Notes: generated by a model from the sequence alone, not told the origin. A DNA stretch of 64,000 bases from Oligoflexia bacterium (GCA_963758495.1 CAVWVI010000001.1:64001-128000), one strand, 5' to 3'; positions 1 through 11,400 are shown, counted from the stretch's first letter. Program-made: numbers and translations.

Positions 1-18
1 GACCTTCTTCAGCTCAAT

Positions 19-1368
19 TTGTGGCTTGAGCACATCAAGAAGCATTCTATTCAATTTCTACAAGAAATCAAAGAAGCGCCTTCAAATCGTATTGAGGACA
101 AGGACTCTCATACAAGGCCTCCTTTTTCACTCCTTCAAACCCAAGCTATGGGTTTTGAAGCCGCCCTTAATGACATGATGACCCGAATTCTCTCCAGTGG
201 AATCGATACAGCAAATGGTAGGTATTTGGCTTATATTCCTGGCGGAGGGTTACCTTCGGCGGCATTTGCAGATTATATGGCGGCGCTGACCAATCGATTC
301 GCTGGAGTATTTAATGCCTCACCGGGTGCTGTAGGAATTGAAAACGAAGTGACCCAGGCATTTTTAGATCTATTTCAATTTCCTGCTTCAAGCTGGGGAA
401 CTCTGACCAGTGGTGGTTCTTTGGCAAATTTAACAGCCTTATTGGCTGCGCGAGAGACTCGACCCCGCTCGGAATGGGATCAATCTCCTGTTTACATCAC
501 GGATCAATGTCACAGCTCTGTTTTCCGAGCGCTCAGAATGATTGGGCTCGATACTTCATTGATTCGAAAAGTAGCTACTGACAACGCCTATAGAATGGAG
601 AGTGGTGCACTGAAAAGAGAAATCCAAGGTGATTTAAAAAAGGGGCTTAAACCTTGGATGGTCATTGCTTCCTTGGGGACGACCAATACGGGAAGCATTG
701 ATCCCATTCGTGAACTAGTGGAACTTAGAAATAAGTATGGATTTTGGCTCCATGTCGATGCCGCCTATGGTGGTTTTTTTATCCTAACAGAAGTATTTAA
801 GAAAATGTCTCCCGATATTGCTCAGGTAGACTCTCTCGTACTGGATCCTCATAAAGGATTATTTATGCCCTATGGATGTGGGGCCGTCCTCGTTCGTCAA
901 AGCCATTTTCTAAAAAAAGCATTCTTAGCCGATGCGCCGTATTTGGCAGATTTAGCAAATTTAGAAGACACTCTACAGAGATCGCCCACAGATTACTCTC
1001 CCGAACTCACTCGACACTTTCGAGCGCCGAGAATTTATCTCAGTCTCAAAACGTTCGGAATCGCACCGTTTCGAGCAGCTTTGGAAGAGAAATTGCTTCT
1101 TACAAACTATGCCTATCTAAAACTTAAAACTTTTCACTCGATTGAGTTTGCTTGCGAGCCAGAGCTTTCAGTAATTGCATTTCGTTTAAAAGGAGAGGAC
1201 CTTCATACTCAGAATCTTCTCAATGAATTAATCAAAAGACGCAGAGTGCATTTGAGTTCAACGAGAATGAATGGTAAATTCTATCTAAGAATCTGTGTAC
1301 TCAGTTTTCGAAGTCATTTGGAAGAAATAGATGAGTGCATCAGAGAGATTACAAGTCTTATTCTATAG
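19..1368 (+). CDS. Group II PLP-dependent amino-acid decarboxylase (DDC/GAD family); true start may lie upstream of the window
   Basis: Motifs TSGGSLANLTAL, GTTNTGSIDPI, WLHVDAAYGG and DPHKGLFMPYGCG (PLP lysine). Confidence 0.9.
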   Translation: MWLEHIKKHSIQFLQEIKEAPSNRIEDKDSHTRPPFSLLQTQAMGFEAALNDMMTRILSSGIDTANGRYLAYIPGGGLPSAAFADYMAALTNRFAGVFNASPGAVGIENEVTQAFLDLFQFPASSWGTLTSGGSLANLTALLAARETRPRSEWDQSPVYITDQCHSSVFRALRMIGLDTSLIRKVATDNAYRMESGALKREIQGDLKKGLKPWMVIASLGTTNTGSIDPIRELVELRNKYGFWLHVDAAYGGFFILTEVFKKMSPDIAQVDSLVLDPHKGLFMPYGCGAVLVRQSHFLKKAFLADAPYLADLANLEDTLQRSPTDYSPELTRHFRAPRIYLSLKTFGIAPFRAALEEKLLLTNYAYLKLKTFHSIEFACEPELSVIAFRLKGEDLHTQNLLNELIKRRRVHLSSTRMNGKFYLRICVLSFRSHLEEIDECIREITSLIL

Positions 1369-1400
1369 AAAATACTTGATATATTCAATTTGTTGTATAT

Positions 1401-2234
1401 ATGTATCGAGTGAAAATTATTTCTTTTCTAGTTGTCCTGCTTAACTTCAATTTAGCGATTACAGCCTATGCAATGGATCAATATGAAGTTAGGGTACATT
1501 CGACTGATTTAGAAGCGAATTTAGGTCAAATCAACCACGGAGAAACTTGCTGTAAACTAGCTGAAGGTGCAATTGCGTCTGGAACTGAATGGACGGGATG
1601 GTTGTGGGCTGTAACCTTGTCCGAAGAAGCATGTGACCAAGTAGGATTAGCCAAATGGAGTACTCCTGTCGCTGCCTTCTCCATCGCGATGAACAGCCTT
1701 GCAGCACAGAAAATATACAATCCGCTCTTAAAAAAATGTTTGACCCCTCTCCAGCCCTCTATAAGGGAGAACGAAAAAAGTTTACTCAAGCCTATTCTCG
1801 CTTCAGCAACTTCTGGAATTACTTTTGAGCTAGTGGACACGGCTGTGAGTGCGGCGTGTCTGGCTGGAGGCTACTCTCTCCCTGTTACATTAACTTTAAG
1901 GTGTCTTGCTTTGTATGTTGCCGATAGAGGAGTTTTTGATGGAACCTGTGAGCTAGTGGATAGGGTTAAAACGGGGAAGTGGTTTACTGGCGCACCCACT
2001 AATTTTATAGATTCGGCTGATGTGGGAACTGCCTCTGTGTTCTATACTCTAGGCGCTGCACTGGGTGAAAGTGTATGTGAACTTTCTGATGTTTCAAATT
2101 CATGGATTAAAACAGGGATTAATTCCTGTTTTATTTTCGTTGGAACGACTCTGTCTCCCTGTTTGAGTTGGGCAGAAAAAAAATTATTGCGCCACCTTCT
2201 GCGGCAGAGTATTCCTCCTCAAGCAGAAACTTAG
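1401..2234 (+). CDS. Hypothetical secreted/membrane protein with several hydrophobic helices
   Basis: 277-aa ORF with N-terminal signal peptide (…AITAYA-MD) and Ala/Gly/Cys-rich hydrophobic segments. Confidence 0.6.
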   Translation: MYRVKIISFLVVLLNFNLAITAYAMDQYEVRVHSTDLEANLGQINHGETCCKLAEGAIASGTEWTGWLWAVTLSEEACDQVGLAKWSTPVAAFSIAMNSLAAQKIYNPLLKKCLTPLQPSIRENEKSLLKPILASATSGITFELVDTAVSAACLAGGYSLPVTLTLRCLALYVADRGVFDGTCELVDRVKTGKWFTGAPTNFIDSADVGTASVFYTLGAALGESVCELSDVSNSWIKTGINSCFIFVGTTLSPCLSWAEKKLLRHLLRQSIPPQAET

Positions 2235-2247
2235 GATAGACTTCAAA

Positions 2248-3024
2248 ATGAACCGATGTTTTCAATTGCTGATTGGACTTACCCTTCAAATTTGCCTCTT
2301 CCTGCCAGGAGGTACTCCAGCCCATGCTGTTATTAAGTCCGAAGGCTATCATACTTATTACTCCTCCGATGAGAGTGAATTCTCACGGCTCAATTACATA
2401 GTAGATCCTAAAGAACCGTTTAGCAGCGATTTTCACCCATTTCGGGAAATATCCAAGATCCTATTTTTAGGAGATGGCTTTGAAAAGAAGTCCGTTTCAT
2501 TAGCTGAATTAGTACAGCCTTTAATTTCTGAAAACACAACCATTTATCGCACTGATATTACTTGTCCCTATGACGAAGACTTAGGCAAAATAGTTAACCG
2601 ATACGTTGATCATCAAGGGAGTCTTCCATTCTCCGATAATGAATTTGGAACCATTGTTTTAAGGCAGGGATTGTGCCATTGCTACTGTCTCAAAACATCT
2701 TGTGCAGGAATTGAAAACAATCCTAAATCAATGTCCCATTTTCTGTCGGAAGTTTCTCGGGTTCTCGATAAAAAAAATCCCCATTCCATCGCCTATTTGC
2801 ATGGTGCCTATTTTTCATTTTGTAAGCATCAGATGGCCTCTTATTTAAGCAACTGGGAAGATGCAATTCGAACTGTCGAGCCGACCTTTCCAAATCTGAA
2901 ATATACGCTCATTCATAAATACATATACCCCTGTAAATACTGCATCAATAGACGTTTTTCTGAAGGCAAAAATACAGATGACTTTAAGTCTAAGTTTTTA
3001 GGAATAGCCGTGACAGTCTTGTGA
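2248..3024 (+). CDS. Class I SAM-dependent methyltransferase-like protein with apparent signal peptide
   Basis: ILFLGDG (motif I-like), YRTDI, SLPFSDNEFGTIV and FLSEVSRVL resemble Methyltransf_11 motifs. Confidence 0.55.
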   Translation: MNRCFQLLIGLTLQICLFLPGGTPAHAVIKSEGYHTYYSSDESEFSRLNYIVDPKEPFSSDFHPFREISKILFLGDGFEKKSVSLAELVQPLISENTTIYRTDITCPYDEDLGKIVNRYVDHQGSLPFSDNEFGTIVLRQGLCHCYCLKTSCAGIENNPKSMSHFLSEVSRVLDKKNPHSIAYLHGAYFSFCKHQMASYLSNWEDAIRTVEPTFPNLKYTLIHKYIYPCKYCINRRFSEGKNTDDFKSKFLGIAVTVL

Positions 3025-3205
3025 TATTATAAAGTAAAGCAGAATACTCCCAGTCATTCATTTCCTCAAAATATCGGATTTACGATGATTTGCATTTTTC
3101 CATTGAAAGGAGAACTACTTTTTGGTACATAACACAACGCGTTAAATACCTGCCTGCTTAATTATTCTTCCTGTTGATTGACTTTTAACGCAACAGGAGA
3201 ATGAT

Positions 3206-3913
3206 ATGAGAAAACAAGTATTAAGTCCCTTTTTATTGATCCTTTCACTCTTCATCAATCTGACGTCGGTTTTGGCTGATGATGGTCGCGTAGGGGACAT
3301 TCAATATTCGATTTTATCCGAAAAGCAGCTTCAGGAGCTTCACGGCAAAGAATGGGAACTCTTGCGTGGACAGGAGGTTCCCTCGGACTCTGAACTGAAG
3401 AATTTTTGGACAGAAGCTCATCTTCCCGATGCTCGTGGAGTTTTCTTAAGAATGGCCAACCATGGACGTCCTCGAGACGAGGGAAATCCTGACGGGCATT
3501 TGCCGATAGGAACTTATCGAGGAGATATCTTTAAGAGGCATGACCACTCCGGATGGACAGGAGAAGATACTCCCGACCACACTCACGGTCACTCTCACCC
3601 GGGGTTGTATGGCAACGGGGGCTACGATAATGGAAGCAAAGCTGGTGCCATCTGGCATGGTGCTCAAACCCAGGGGGCTTCCACTCGGCATAAGCACTCA
3701 ATCCCTCATGATGGTGGGGAAGAAACCCGCCCTAGAAATATCACTGTTAACGCCTTTATTAAAATAAAGGAAACACCTAAAGCGACTCCCGCGCCCCGAG
3801 CTGAAGTGCAGACTCAGTGGACCCAAGAGCAAATCACTCAACTCCTCAATATGCCCGAGTTTAAAAATGCTTTGGCCGATGCACTTCAAAACGCGCGAAA
3901 GAATAACAAGTAA
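3206..3913 (+). CDS. Signal-peptide-bearing phage tail-collar/tail-fibre-tip-like protein
   Basis: Tail-collar motifs LPDARGVFLR, His-x-His repeats (HDHSG, HTHGHSH, HKHSI) and ETRPRNITVNAFIKI; RBS aggag upstream. Confidence 0.75.
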   Translation: MRKQVLSPFLLILSLFINLTSVLADDGRVGDIQYSILSEKQLQELHGKEWELLRGQEVPSDSELKNFWTEAHLPDARGVFLRMANHGRPRDEGNPDGHLPIGTYRGDIFKRHDHSGWTGEDTPDHTHGHSHPGLYGNGGYDNGSKAGAIWHGAQTQGASTRHKHSIPHDGGEETRPRNITVNAFIKIKETPKATPAPRAEVQTQWTQEQITQLLNMPEFKNALADALQNARKNNK

Positions 3914-3927
3914 AGCAGGAGACTTCT

Positions 3928-6900
3928 ATGCTCTTCCCTAAAATGCAAAATCGTTGGACTGCCTCATCAAGACTTGCCCGGCTTCTCGTGATTGCCAACG
4001 TTGCCCATTTTGCACTCGTTGTTCAATCCGTGACTGTAAAGGCACAGGATTCTCAAGTCTTAGAGGTAGAAGTGAGTCAGAGGTCTGGATCGACTCAGAA
4101 ATGGAATTTCCCCTGTAATAATGACGGAAGTGTATCCCAAACTGGAACTAGACTCGATCAAAATAGCGAAGTTAAGGCTGTTTGGGATGAGTCCTGTAGC
4201 AAGGTCACTCTCCAGGGTCAGTCAGGTGAAATTGGGAAGAAGCAAAAAAAATCAGCCTCCCAAATTCAAGAATTAATGCTGAGATCTGCCCAGAGTGTCG
4301 AGCTGGAAGGATCTGTCTCGGTACCTTTGAACATTCAAGCTCCAGAGGTGACTATTGAAACCCATTGGTCAAGCCCAGAGCTGAATATCAGGGCTCTACC
4401 CAGTGGGGCACCCAACTCCGAGACTGGTAGTAAGAAATCCAAACAACAATCTGCAAGATCTTTCGTTCGTCCAGGAGCCGTCCTGAAAGTGGATCATTTG
4501 AGCTTGATCGATATGGATTTTGAAAACCAGGGCAGGATGGAGTCCTCAGATCAGCTTAGGATCACTCTTGCTCATGGAGCTTTTCATAATTCTGGTGAGA
4601 TCGAAGTGGGTGGAGCCTTGCAGTTTGAGAGGAATGGCTCAGAAAGAGTCTCCCTCTTCCAATCTGGGGTCATCTCCGCTCAGTCAATCGAAATGGGCGA
4701 CATTCTTGCTGCCATCAATATGTTTGAAAATACCGCTTCTGGAGTTCTCAAAGCCAATCGAATCTTTGGGGAATTCAAACAATTCATCAATGCGGGATGG
4801 CTAGAGAGTGCAGAAAAAATGACCCTCCTGGGAGTTGAGCTACAAAATCGAAACGGCACCATCGCTTCTGATCAGGAATTGTATATCGATTTTATTGAAA
4901 TCCAAAACGAAAATGGAAAAATCCATGGCTCAAAACAAACCACGATTCGAGTGGGTGAAAAATTAGAAAACGCTTCAGGCCTAATTGGAAGCGATGGACC
5001 TACTGAACTTAATTTTTCAGCGCAAGGGACAGCCCCATCTCTGGGTAAGCTTGTAGGAAGTGAGATCTTACTCACCCTACGTCACACCAGCCCCACTGAG
5101 CTTAAATCAGGAGAGCTTTTAGGTAAGGACAGTATCTCCATTTTTTCTGATGTAAAAGTATCACTTCCTGGTGTTCAATTTCACTCGCCACTTCTGAATT
5201 TAGTAGCTCCCGATTTTGCTTTAGATCCCCTCACTCAATGTAGCACTACCGTCATTCATTGTGATCCAAAACGAAACCTTTGTCTGACTTCCGATTTGTC
5301 CAGCCAAGGTGAGATTCGTTTCTTGGAGTCTGATTATTGTCGTTATCAAAATTCTGATCAGAATGAAGTAGCCAGTGAATCTCAAGCTCTTGTATCCATG
5401 AATGCCGTTGCTCTGAAACCGCAGCTGATGATCAGTAAGCAGATGAATCACCTTGGGGAAGTCATTCAGGATCTTCAAGTCCACTTTGAAAAGGATCGAG
5501 GCTACCTCAATCAGTATACGGTTTCCATCAATTCCCAGCTCATTTCTACTGGGGGAATTCACTTTTTGGTGCCTCACAGTCGGATCTTTGTCGGCTTAGA
5601 AGATCAGTCAAGGAATGTTGGAATTTTTGCCGACTCCCTACGAGCATTTACCGATCATTTTCTCATCAAACGCGGCAATGTGAGTGCTGCGGATACTTAT
5701 CTTGCAGCTCCAGGAGGGGTCACTGTAGGAGTTTTAGAGAAAGATTCCAATCAAAAGGTCAAAGCAGGAAACAAAGAGGTCCCTCTTCTTCGTAGAGGAG
5801 ATGCCTTTTTAGCAACGGCTGGCGACTGCTATCTCAAAGGCCCCTTAAGTTGCTCTGGAACAATGGAGGTGGGAGGCAACCTCATTTTGGATTCGGACAA
5901 GAAGCAATACGGCTTCTCTTCAGATATCCGAGTTAAAGGCAATCTCATTTTAAAAGGAGAAGGAGATCTGAGTCTCGATTCGTCATCTTGGAAAGACTCA
6001 ATATAATCAGAGCATCCCACTTGAATCTGACCACTATTCTGAGGAGGGAGTTTTTGTCGTTGATGGACAGGTCATTGGAGCCAATCCTACTGGCATTCAG
6101 CTTTATTCATCGAAATTTTTCGCAGATGAAAGTCATTCCAAGGTCAAGTTCACGCCCGTAGATTCAGTAAATGATAAGCCCATTGTGTTTCCAGGCGAGG
6201 CACAAGCTCAAGATTTTAAATCCGTACTGAGTACGAGAAAATCAGGATTTCTCCGCATAGAGGGACCTAAAACCGAAAGCATCATCTCCACCGGCGAAGT
6301 ATTTCTTTTGGAGGATGAGGGTCAGTTCTGTCTTGCTGTAAAGAACCCATTCTATCTCCCCCTTCGAAATCCACTTTACGATCTTGAGATTCAAGATTTC
6401 AGATCACCTAAGTACTATCGAAACACTCAGCTTGAAACCGAACTTTCCGTACAAAATTCGAATCGATTTGGTTTTGAACTGAGAGAGAGTGCTTTTTTTA
6501 ACCCGGATCAAAGTGAAGCCTTCATGAAATCGATTGAGAAGGATATCATGATTCACGAAGTTGAAGTGGGACTGACTCCGCTTCCTCATGGAAAGGCTGC
6601 TTTTAGTCTGAGTCCTGAACTTCTTTTATCACAGGTCCAAAAGGCTTGTCAGGACACACTCAAGCGCAGCTCTATTGACCCAAACCAACCCATCAACATG
6701 GATTATTTGGTCAAGCTCCATCAAAACGCTACTCAATATTTAAGAGACAGGGGCGTTTCATTAGGATCTAAAAAGCAGCCTGCTCGATCAGATGAGTTTC
6801 TAGCTCTGGCCGCGCAATCTCGCGAATCTGCTCCAGCAAACCCAATGATCTTCTATCAGGCTGTCACTCGTGAATCGGGAGTGCGCGTACTCAAGCCGAT

Positions 6901-9619
6901 CCTCATTCTACCAGTTAAGCTTCAGGAAAAAATCCGCTCTGAACGAGAGGGTAACGTATTTGCCAAGGTTTTAGGACGCTTTGAAGCAGGCATCACAACG
7001 GAGCAGATGTTAGAAAAACTCCATGAGGGGACCGAATTAGGAGATGCATTAAGAAAAACCCTCTTTGGAAAAGGAAATATTGCCAAAGATATCGATGATG
7101 CTGCCACTCGCTATCGTGAAGAACTTGCGAAAAAACCTGCTGATCAACGATTAAAAGACGATATCCACATCGAGCACACATTCCAAAGTGAAAACATTGC
7201 AATTGTCGCTAGAGACGACCTCATGGTGGACGCAAATCAAAAAGGCAAATCCGCCGCGTTTGCCTCTCTGAATGGTGATGTCAAACTTGGATCTAAAAAG
7301 AAGCGAACGCAAACAGGATCATCTACCTTCATAGAAGAAATCGATGACCAGCGAGAATTTGACTACGAGGGTAATCTTACCATTAAAGCAGGTGGGAATA
7401 TTGAAACCCAAGCTGTTAAACTCAAAGCCGGCTCAGGTAATCTGGAAGCCGGAGGATCGATCGTGGATCAAACGATTGCTCTTGAATCGAAGACGGAGTC
7501 TCACTCCGAGGGACGATCCGAAACCCGTAAAACGACCAAACATCAAGCGTCGTCGTTTCAGTTCGATAAGAATTTAAAAATCAAAGGAAACCAGGTTTTT
7601 CTTGTAGGAACTGAAGCCCAAGCAGATCAGATCAGCTTAGAGGCCAAGGAGCAAGTTCAGGTCTTAGGAGTCGTTGATGAAGAACATATTTCAGAGACGA
7701 AAGAAGAAGAAACTGGAGCATGGTTTTGGAAGGGTAAGAAAACCGAAACTACTCATACCTCTACTGGCACCTTTAAGGGAGCCCATCTCAAGTCCGCTCA
7801 ACCTATCGAAATGAAGGCGAAGGAAGTTACACTCCAGGCTCCAAAGCTCGACTCTACAGAGACTCGAATTGAAGCAGAAACCGTCAAATTCAAACTTGGC
7901 AAGAACGTGAAGCACTCTTCATCGGTCAAATCGAGTGAGAACGCTTTCTGGATCAGCCAGGATGTGGGAAAAAGAACTGACGAGTCTTACAACCAACTTC
8001 AAGCCCTAGGACCCCTCAAGATCAAAGCCTCCAAAATCGAACTCGAAGAGGCACAGGGTCACGCTTTAGAATACATTGATCATTTAGAGTTTGACCGAAA
8101 TCAGGTCGCGCAAATCCAAACCATCCTGGATGAGATCCACACTCATGAGCATGATTCCATCTCTGCTCCTGGACCCGCTCTCATAGCAGCTGTGGCGATT
8201 CTTTCGTCAGTGGCCACAGGAGGAGTCGGAGGAGCCGCCGTTGCAGGTTTAGGCCTTCAGGCCGCAGGAGGTGTGGTTGCTTCAGCTACTGCAGCTGCCA
8301 TTTCCTCTCTTAGTGCTCAAATTGCGACTCAACTGACTCTGGGTATCCTGGCTCAACAGAGTTCAGGAGACATCTTAGGTAAGATCTTTCAGACTGACAC
8401 TCTTAAGAACATGGTAACAGCCTCCGTCTCCGCAGGAGCTTTATACGAGTTAAATGGCGCTCAACAAGCGGCAAGTACCTCAGCCTTCGTAAGAAAGATC
8501 GAAGGAGCAGGAACCCAAGCCGGAATAGGCATGGGAGTTAACCTAGCCTTTGGGGAGCAAAACTTAGAAGATGCTCTTAAGAACGCTGGCGTTCAGTTTG
8601 TAGGCCAAGCATCAGGTCAAATCATCGCAGGTGAAATTGGAGAACAATTTAGGGATAAAAACGATGCCTGGGCGCGCGGTCTCCATAAACTAGCCCATGG
8701 AGCCGCTGCCGGAGGGATTGCAGCAGGTGGAGCAGCTCTTACAGGGCAGGACGTGGGTTCTGCTGCAGCAGGTGCTGCTGCAGGCGCTATGACGGCTGAA
8801 ATTGTGGCCGATATTCTAAGCCAGCCCCTCAATGAGGAAGTCTACAAGGACGTTCAGGAGAAACAAGCAGAGCTAGGAAGAGAGCTGACGCAAGGAGAAA
8901 AGCAGGCAATCTTTTCGTCGAAAGTTGGAAACATCGCTCTGATTTCAAAATTATCTGGAGCTGTCTCAGGACTTCTCGCCTCAGGAGAGCAGGGTCTAAA
9001 TGCAGGGCGAATGTCAGCAGGCAATGCGATTGATAATAATTTCTGGGCGACCGCAGTACCTGTGCTTCTTACAGGTTACATGTTTTATGAATGGGAGAAG
9101 AGTAATGTTCAAACTGAGGATGCGATTGTCTCAGACCCTCTGGGTGAGACGGTGTTCTTGGGGAGTGCTGCTGCAGGAACTAAGGCTATCGCCAAAGGCG
9201 CTCAGAAGTTGGCCCCTGTTGTCTCTCAAACAGTGAAAGGCTTAGTTCAAGCTGCGCAGGAATCTGAGATCATCGGTAATGAGATTGGAGCTGTGGGGGA
9301 TGGCGTTGGGGAGCTTGTTACGCAGCGTGGTGGTAGAGTTGCTGGAGCTGAAGGAAAAGTTATTCCATCTCAAAGTTCAAACCCCGTGTTCAGGACAGAC
9401 GGTGAGGCGGCCAAAGTAGCAAAGGACCTTGGATTCAGAAAAGTGAACGAACGAGTAAAAGGGCAGGCGATCTTTACGGATGGCAAACGCTATATCACAC
9501 GTGATGTGGATGGACACAATGGCGGAGCTTGGAAAGTCGCAGATAGTGTCAAGAATTTAGGCAGCAAAAAAACTCGACAGGGCACTTTTGACGCCAACCT
9601 TGGCAGAATTGGGGATTAA
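3928..9619 (+). CDS. CdiA/filamentous-haemagglutinin-like polymorphic toxin (~1900 aa if the frameshift near 5975 is repaired) with C-terminal Ntox21-type RNase toxin
   Basis: ORF 3928-6006 has beta-helical FHA-like repeats (N.G.I/L). The next frame is open from 5972 to 9619 with haemagglutinin repeats, a Gly/Ala-rich DUF637-like region, VENN-like IDNN (9029-9040) and the tip GQAIFTDGKRYITRDVDGHNGGAWK…RQGTFDANLGRIGD. Confidence 0.8.
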
Positions 9620-9621
9620 AA

Positions 9622-10173
9622 ATGACAAAAATTCGAGAAATATGGAATAAAGTATTCGAGAAGGCGCCGCCGCTGGGATATTTATTAAGACAAGCATACA
9701 ACGAAAACTGGATTAGAGTGCACTATCTTCCCGAAAGTAAACGATATCCCGAAAATGCTCAAGAATGGGATGAGGTGTTTGCCAGAGGTGAAAAATTGGT
9801 CAAGAAGTGTTTTTCTAAAAAAGAAACTTTTACCGTTATTATTGGATTTTACGATGATGACAGTTCGATAACGAAGAATTCCTTTTTTCCTAGATTACAA
9901 GAGTTTGGAACGATTTTACCGCCCGATGGTAGTAGCGAGGTCAGATTCTTTTACTTTGTGTTAACCAGTGAGGATTCAAAAGTACTAAAAGATATACTTT
10001 TTAATGTAGTGAATGAAGGCATAGGACCTGTTGTTTTCTTTGATGAGAACAGGAGGACCGCGTTGGCTCCTTATGATGGCGGATTTGATATTATTTCTTA
10101 TGATTCTGATTTAATTGAAGACATTCGTCATCAAATGAAGTCTTGCTTGTCCACTAGGGCAGATGGTTTGTGA
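9622..10173 (+). CDS. Putative cognate immunity protein (DUF3885-like)
   Basis: Starts 2 bp after the toxin stop; motifs WIRVHYLPESKRYP and APYDGGFD; lower GC. Confidence 0.65.
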   Translation: MTKIREIWNKVFEKAPPLGYLLRQAYNENWIRVHYLPESKRYPENAQEWDEVFARGEKLVKKCFSKKETFTVIIGFYDDDSSITKNSFFPRLQEFGTILPPDGSSEVRFFYFVLTSEDSKVLKDILFNVVNEGIGPVVFFDENRRTALAPYDGGFDIISYDSDLIEDIRHQMKSCLSTRADGL

Positions 10174-10237
10174 TCAGCATTGAAAGCAGGTGACGTACAT
10201 CAAAATGTACCGCACTCACTGGTAACGGCAGTGCCTC

Positions 10238-10652
10238 TAAGTCTATCGCCAAAGGCGCTCAGAAGTTGGCTCCTGTCCTGTCCCAAGCTGGGAAAGCCTT
10301 AGTTCAAGCTACTCAGGAATCTGAGATCATCGGCAATGAGATTGGATCAGTTGGGGATATTTCTGGATTAAAATCGGTATCGGCTGTCGTTGAACAAAAG
10401 TTACTGGGACAGACGTCTACAGGACGAATCGTGCCGAATAGTTTAAAAGAAAAACTCGCTATGGAAGAAGTCATGGCAAATCCTGCTGGGGACCAAATAA
10501 AGAAAATCAAGATGCAAGATCCGAGGTTTCCAGTTTCGGATGGATGGGTTAAAATGCAGCAAATAATTGGGGATAAGATAACTGGAGAAGTTATTATTCA
10601 TTATCTTAAGAATAATAAAACTGGTGCAGTCGTCGATTTTAAATTTAAATAG
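10238..10652 (+). CDS. Orphan toxin C-terminal module, probable BECR-fold RNase-type tip, lacking its own delivery region
   Basis: 10238-10358 is ~87% identical (105/121 by hand) to 9181-9301, then diverges after GNEIG(A/S)VGD; tip DPRFPVSDGWVKMQ…IHYLKNNKTGAVVDFKFK. Confidence 0.75.
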
Positions 10653-10663
10653 AGAGTGATTAT

Positions 10664-11005
10664 ATGAATTTTAAAGCAATATTTATCAAATATTTTAAAA
10701 ATTGTGACTATTCTGATGAATGGGTTTATAGCAAATTTACTGATATTATTGCAAGAGATCTTACTCCAGTAAAAGCTTTTGAACTTATCCCAGAAGTGGT
10801 GGCTGTGTTATTAGAACAATCAGATCACGATCTAAAAATTGCATTGCTTGAACTTTTGGTGGGTTTAGCAGGAGAAACTGGTACTACTGAATTACCAAAT
10901 GGTTTGATATCTAATCTTCCTCTGATTGAAAAATTAATTAATCAAGAGAACGACTACGTTAAATCACGATTTAATCAGCTTAAAAAATGGTACCGGCTTT
11001 CATAA
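10664..11005 (+). CDS. Putative immunity protein of the orphan toxin
   Basis: Small, AT-rich helical ORF directly after the orphan tip. Confidence 0.6.
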   Translation: MNFKAIFIKYFKNCDYSDEWVYSKFTDIIARDLTPVKAFELIPEVVAVLLEQSDHDLKIALLELLVGLAGETGTTELPNGLISNLPLIEKLINQENDYVKSRFNQLKKWYRLS

Positions 11006-11112
11006 TGAATGATCATTGGGAAGCAAGTGATGTGAAAACTAATCCAAATACTGGTGAAATTCAGTACAATAAATACGGAGCACCCAAATTTAAGAACCCT
11101 AAATCAAAGTGA
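11005..11112 (+). pseudogene. Remnant of a second orphan toxin C-terminus
   Basis: Translates MNDHWEASDVKTNPNTGEIQYNKYGAPKFKNPKSK*; toxin-tip-like and sits between two immunity-like genes. Confidence 0.45.
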
Positions 11113-11115
11113 CTT

Positions 11116-11400
11116 ATGACAACTGAGAGACAAAAGAAAATTATATATAAGGAAAATGTAAGGAAGTACCTTCAGAAGATACGCTGTTTTACTCGGCAAC
11201 CTGTAGAGGAATCCAATCTACTTTCATTGAACGAAACAATGATACTTCGAACCCGTTCAAAGGAGCGGATTGCCAAAGAAGCATATGGCTTTACAATCCC
11301 CTTCGAGGAGAAAACGTCAGAACGATTCCAAAAATATATAAATAGGCTTCAATGCGCAAATCCCTCTGGAGTATATAAACCCGCAGTAAAAGGATGTTGA
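11116..11400 (+). pseudogene. Probably truncated immunity protein of the second orphan
   Basis: Follows the toxin remnant; ends shortly after RLQCANPSGVY with an abrupt switch to AT-rich sequence. Confidence 0.4.

Noticed and set aside
3206..3913. Tail-collar gene as evidence of a prophage
   Set aside because: It has a signal peptide and no other phage structural, integrase or replication genes are nearby
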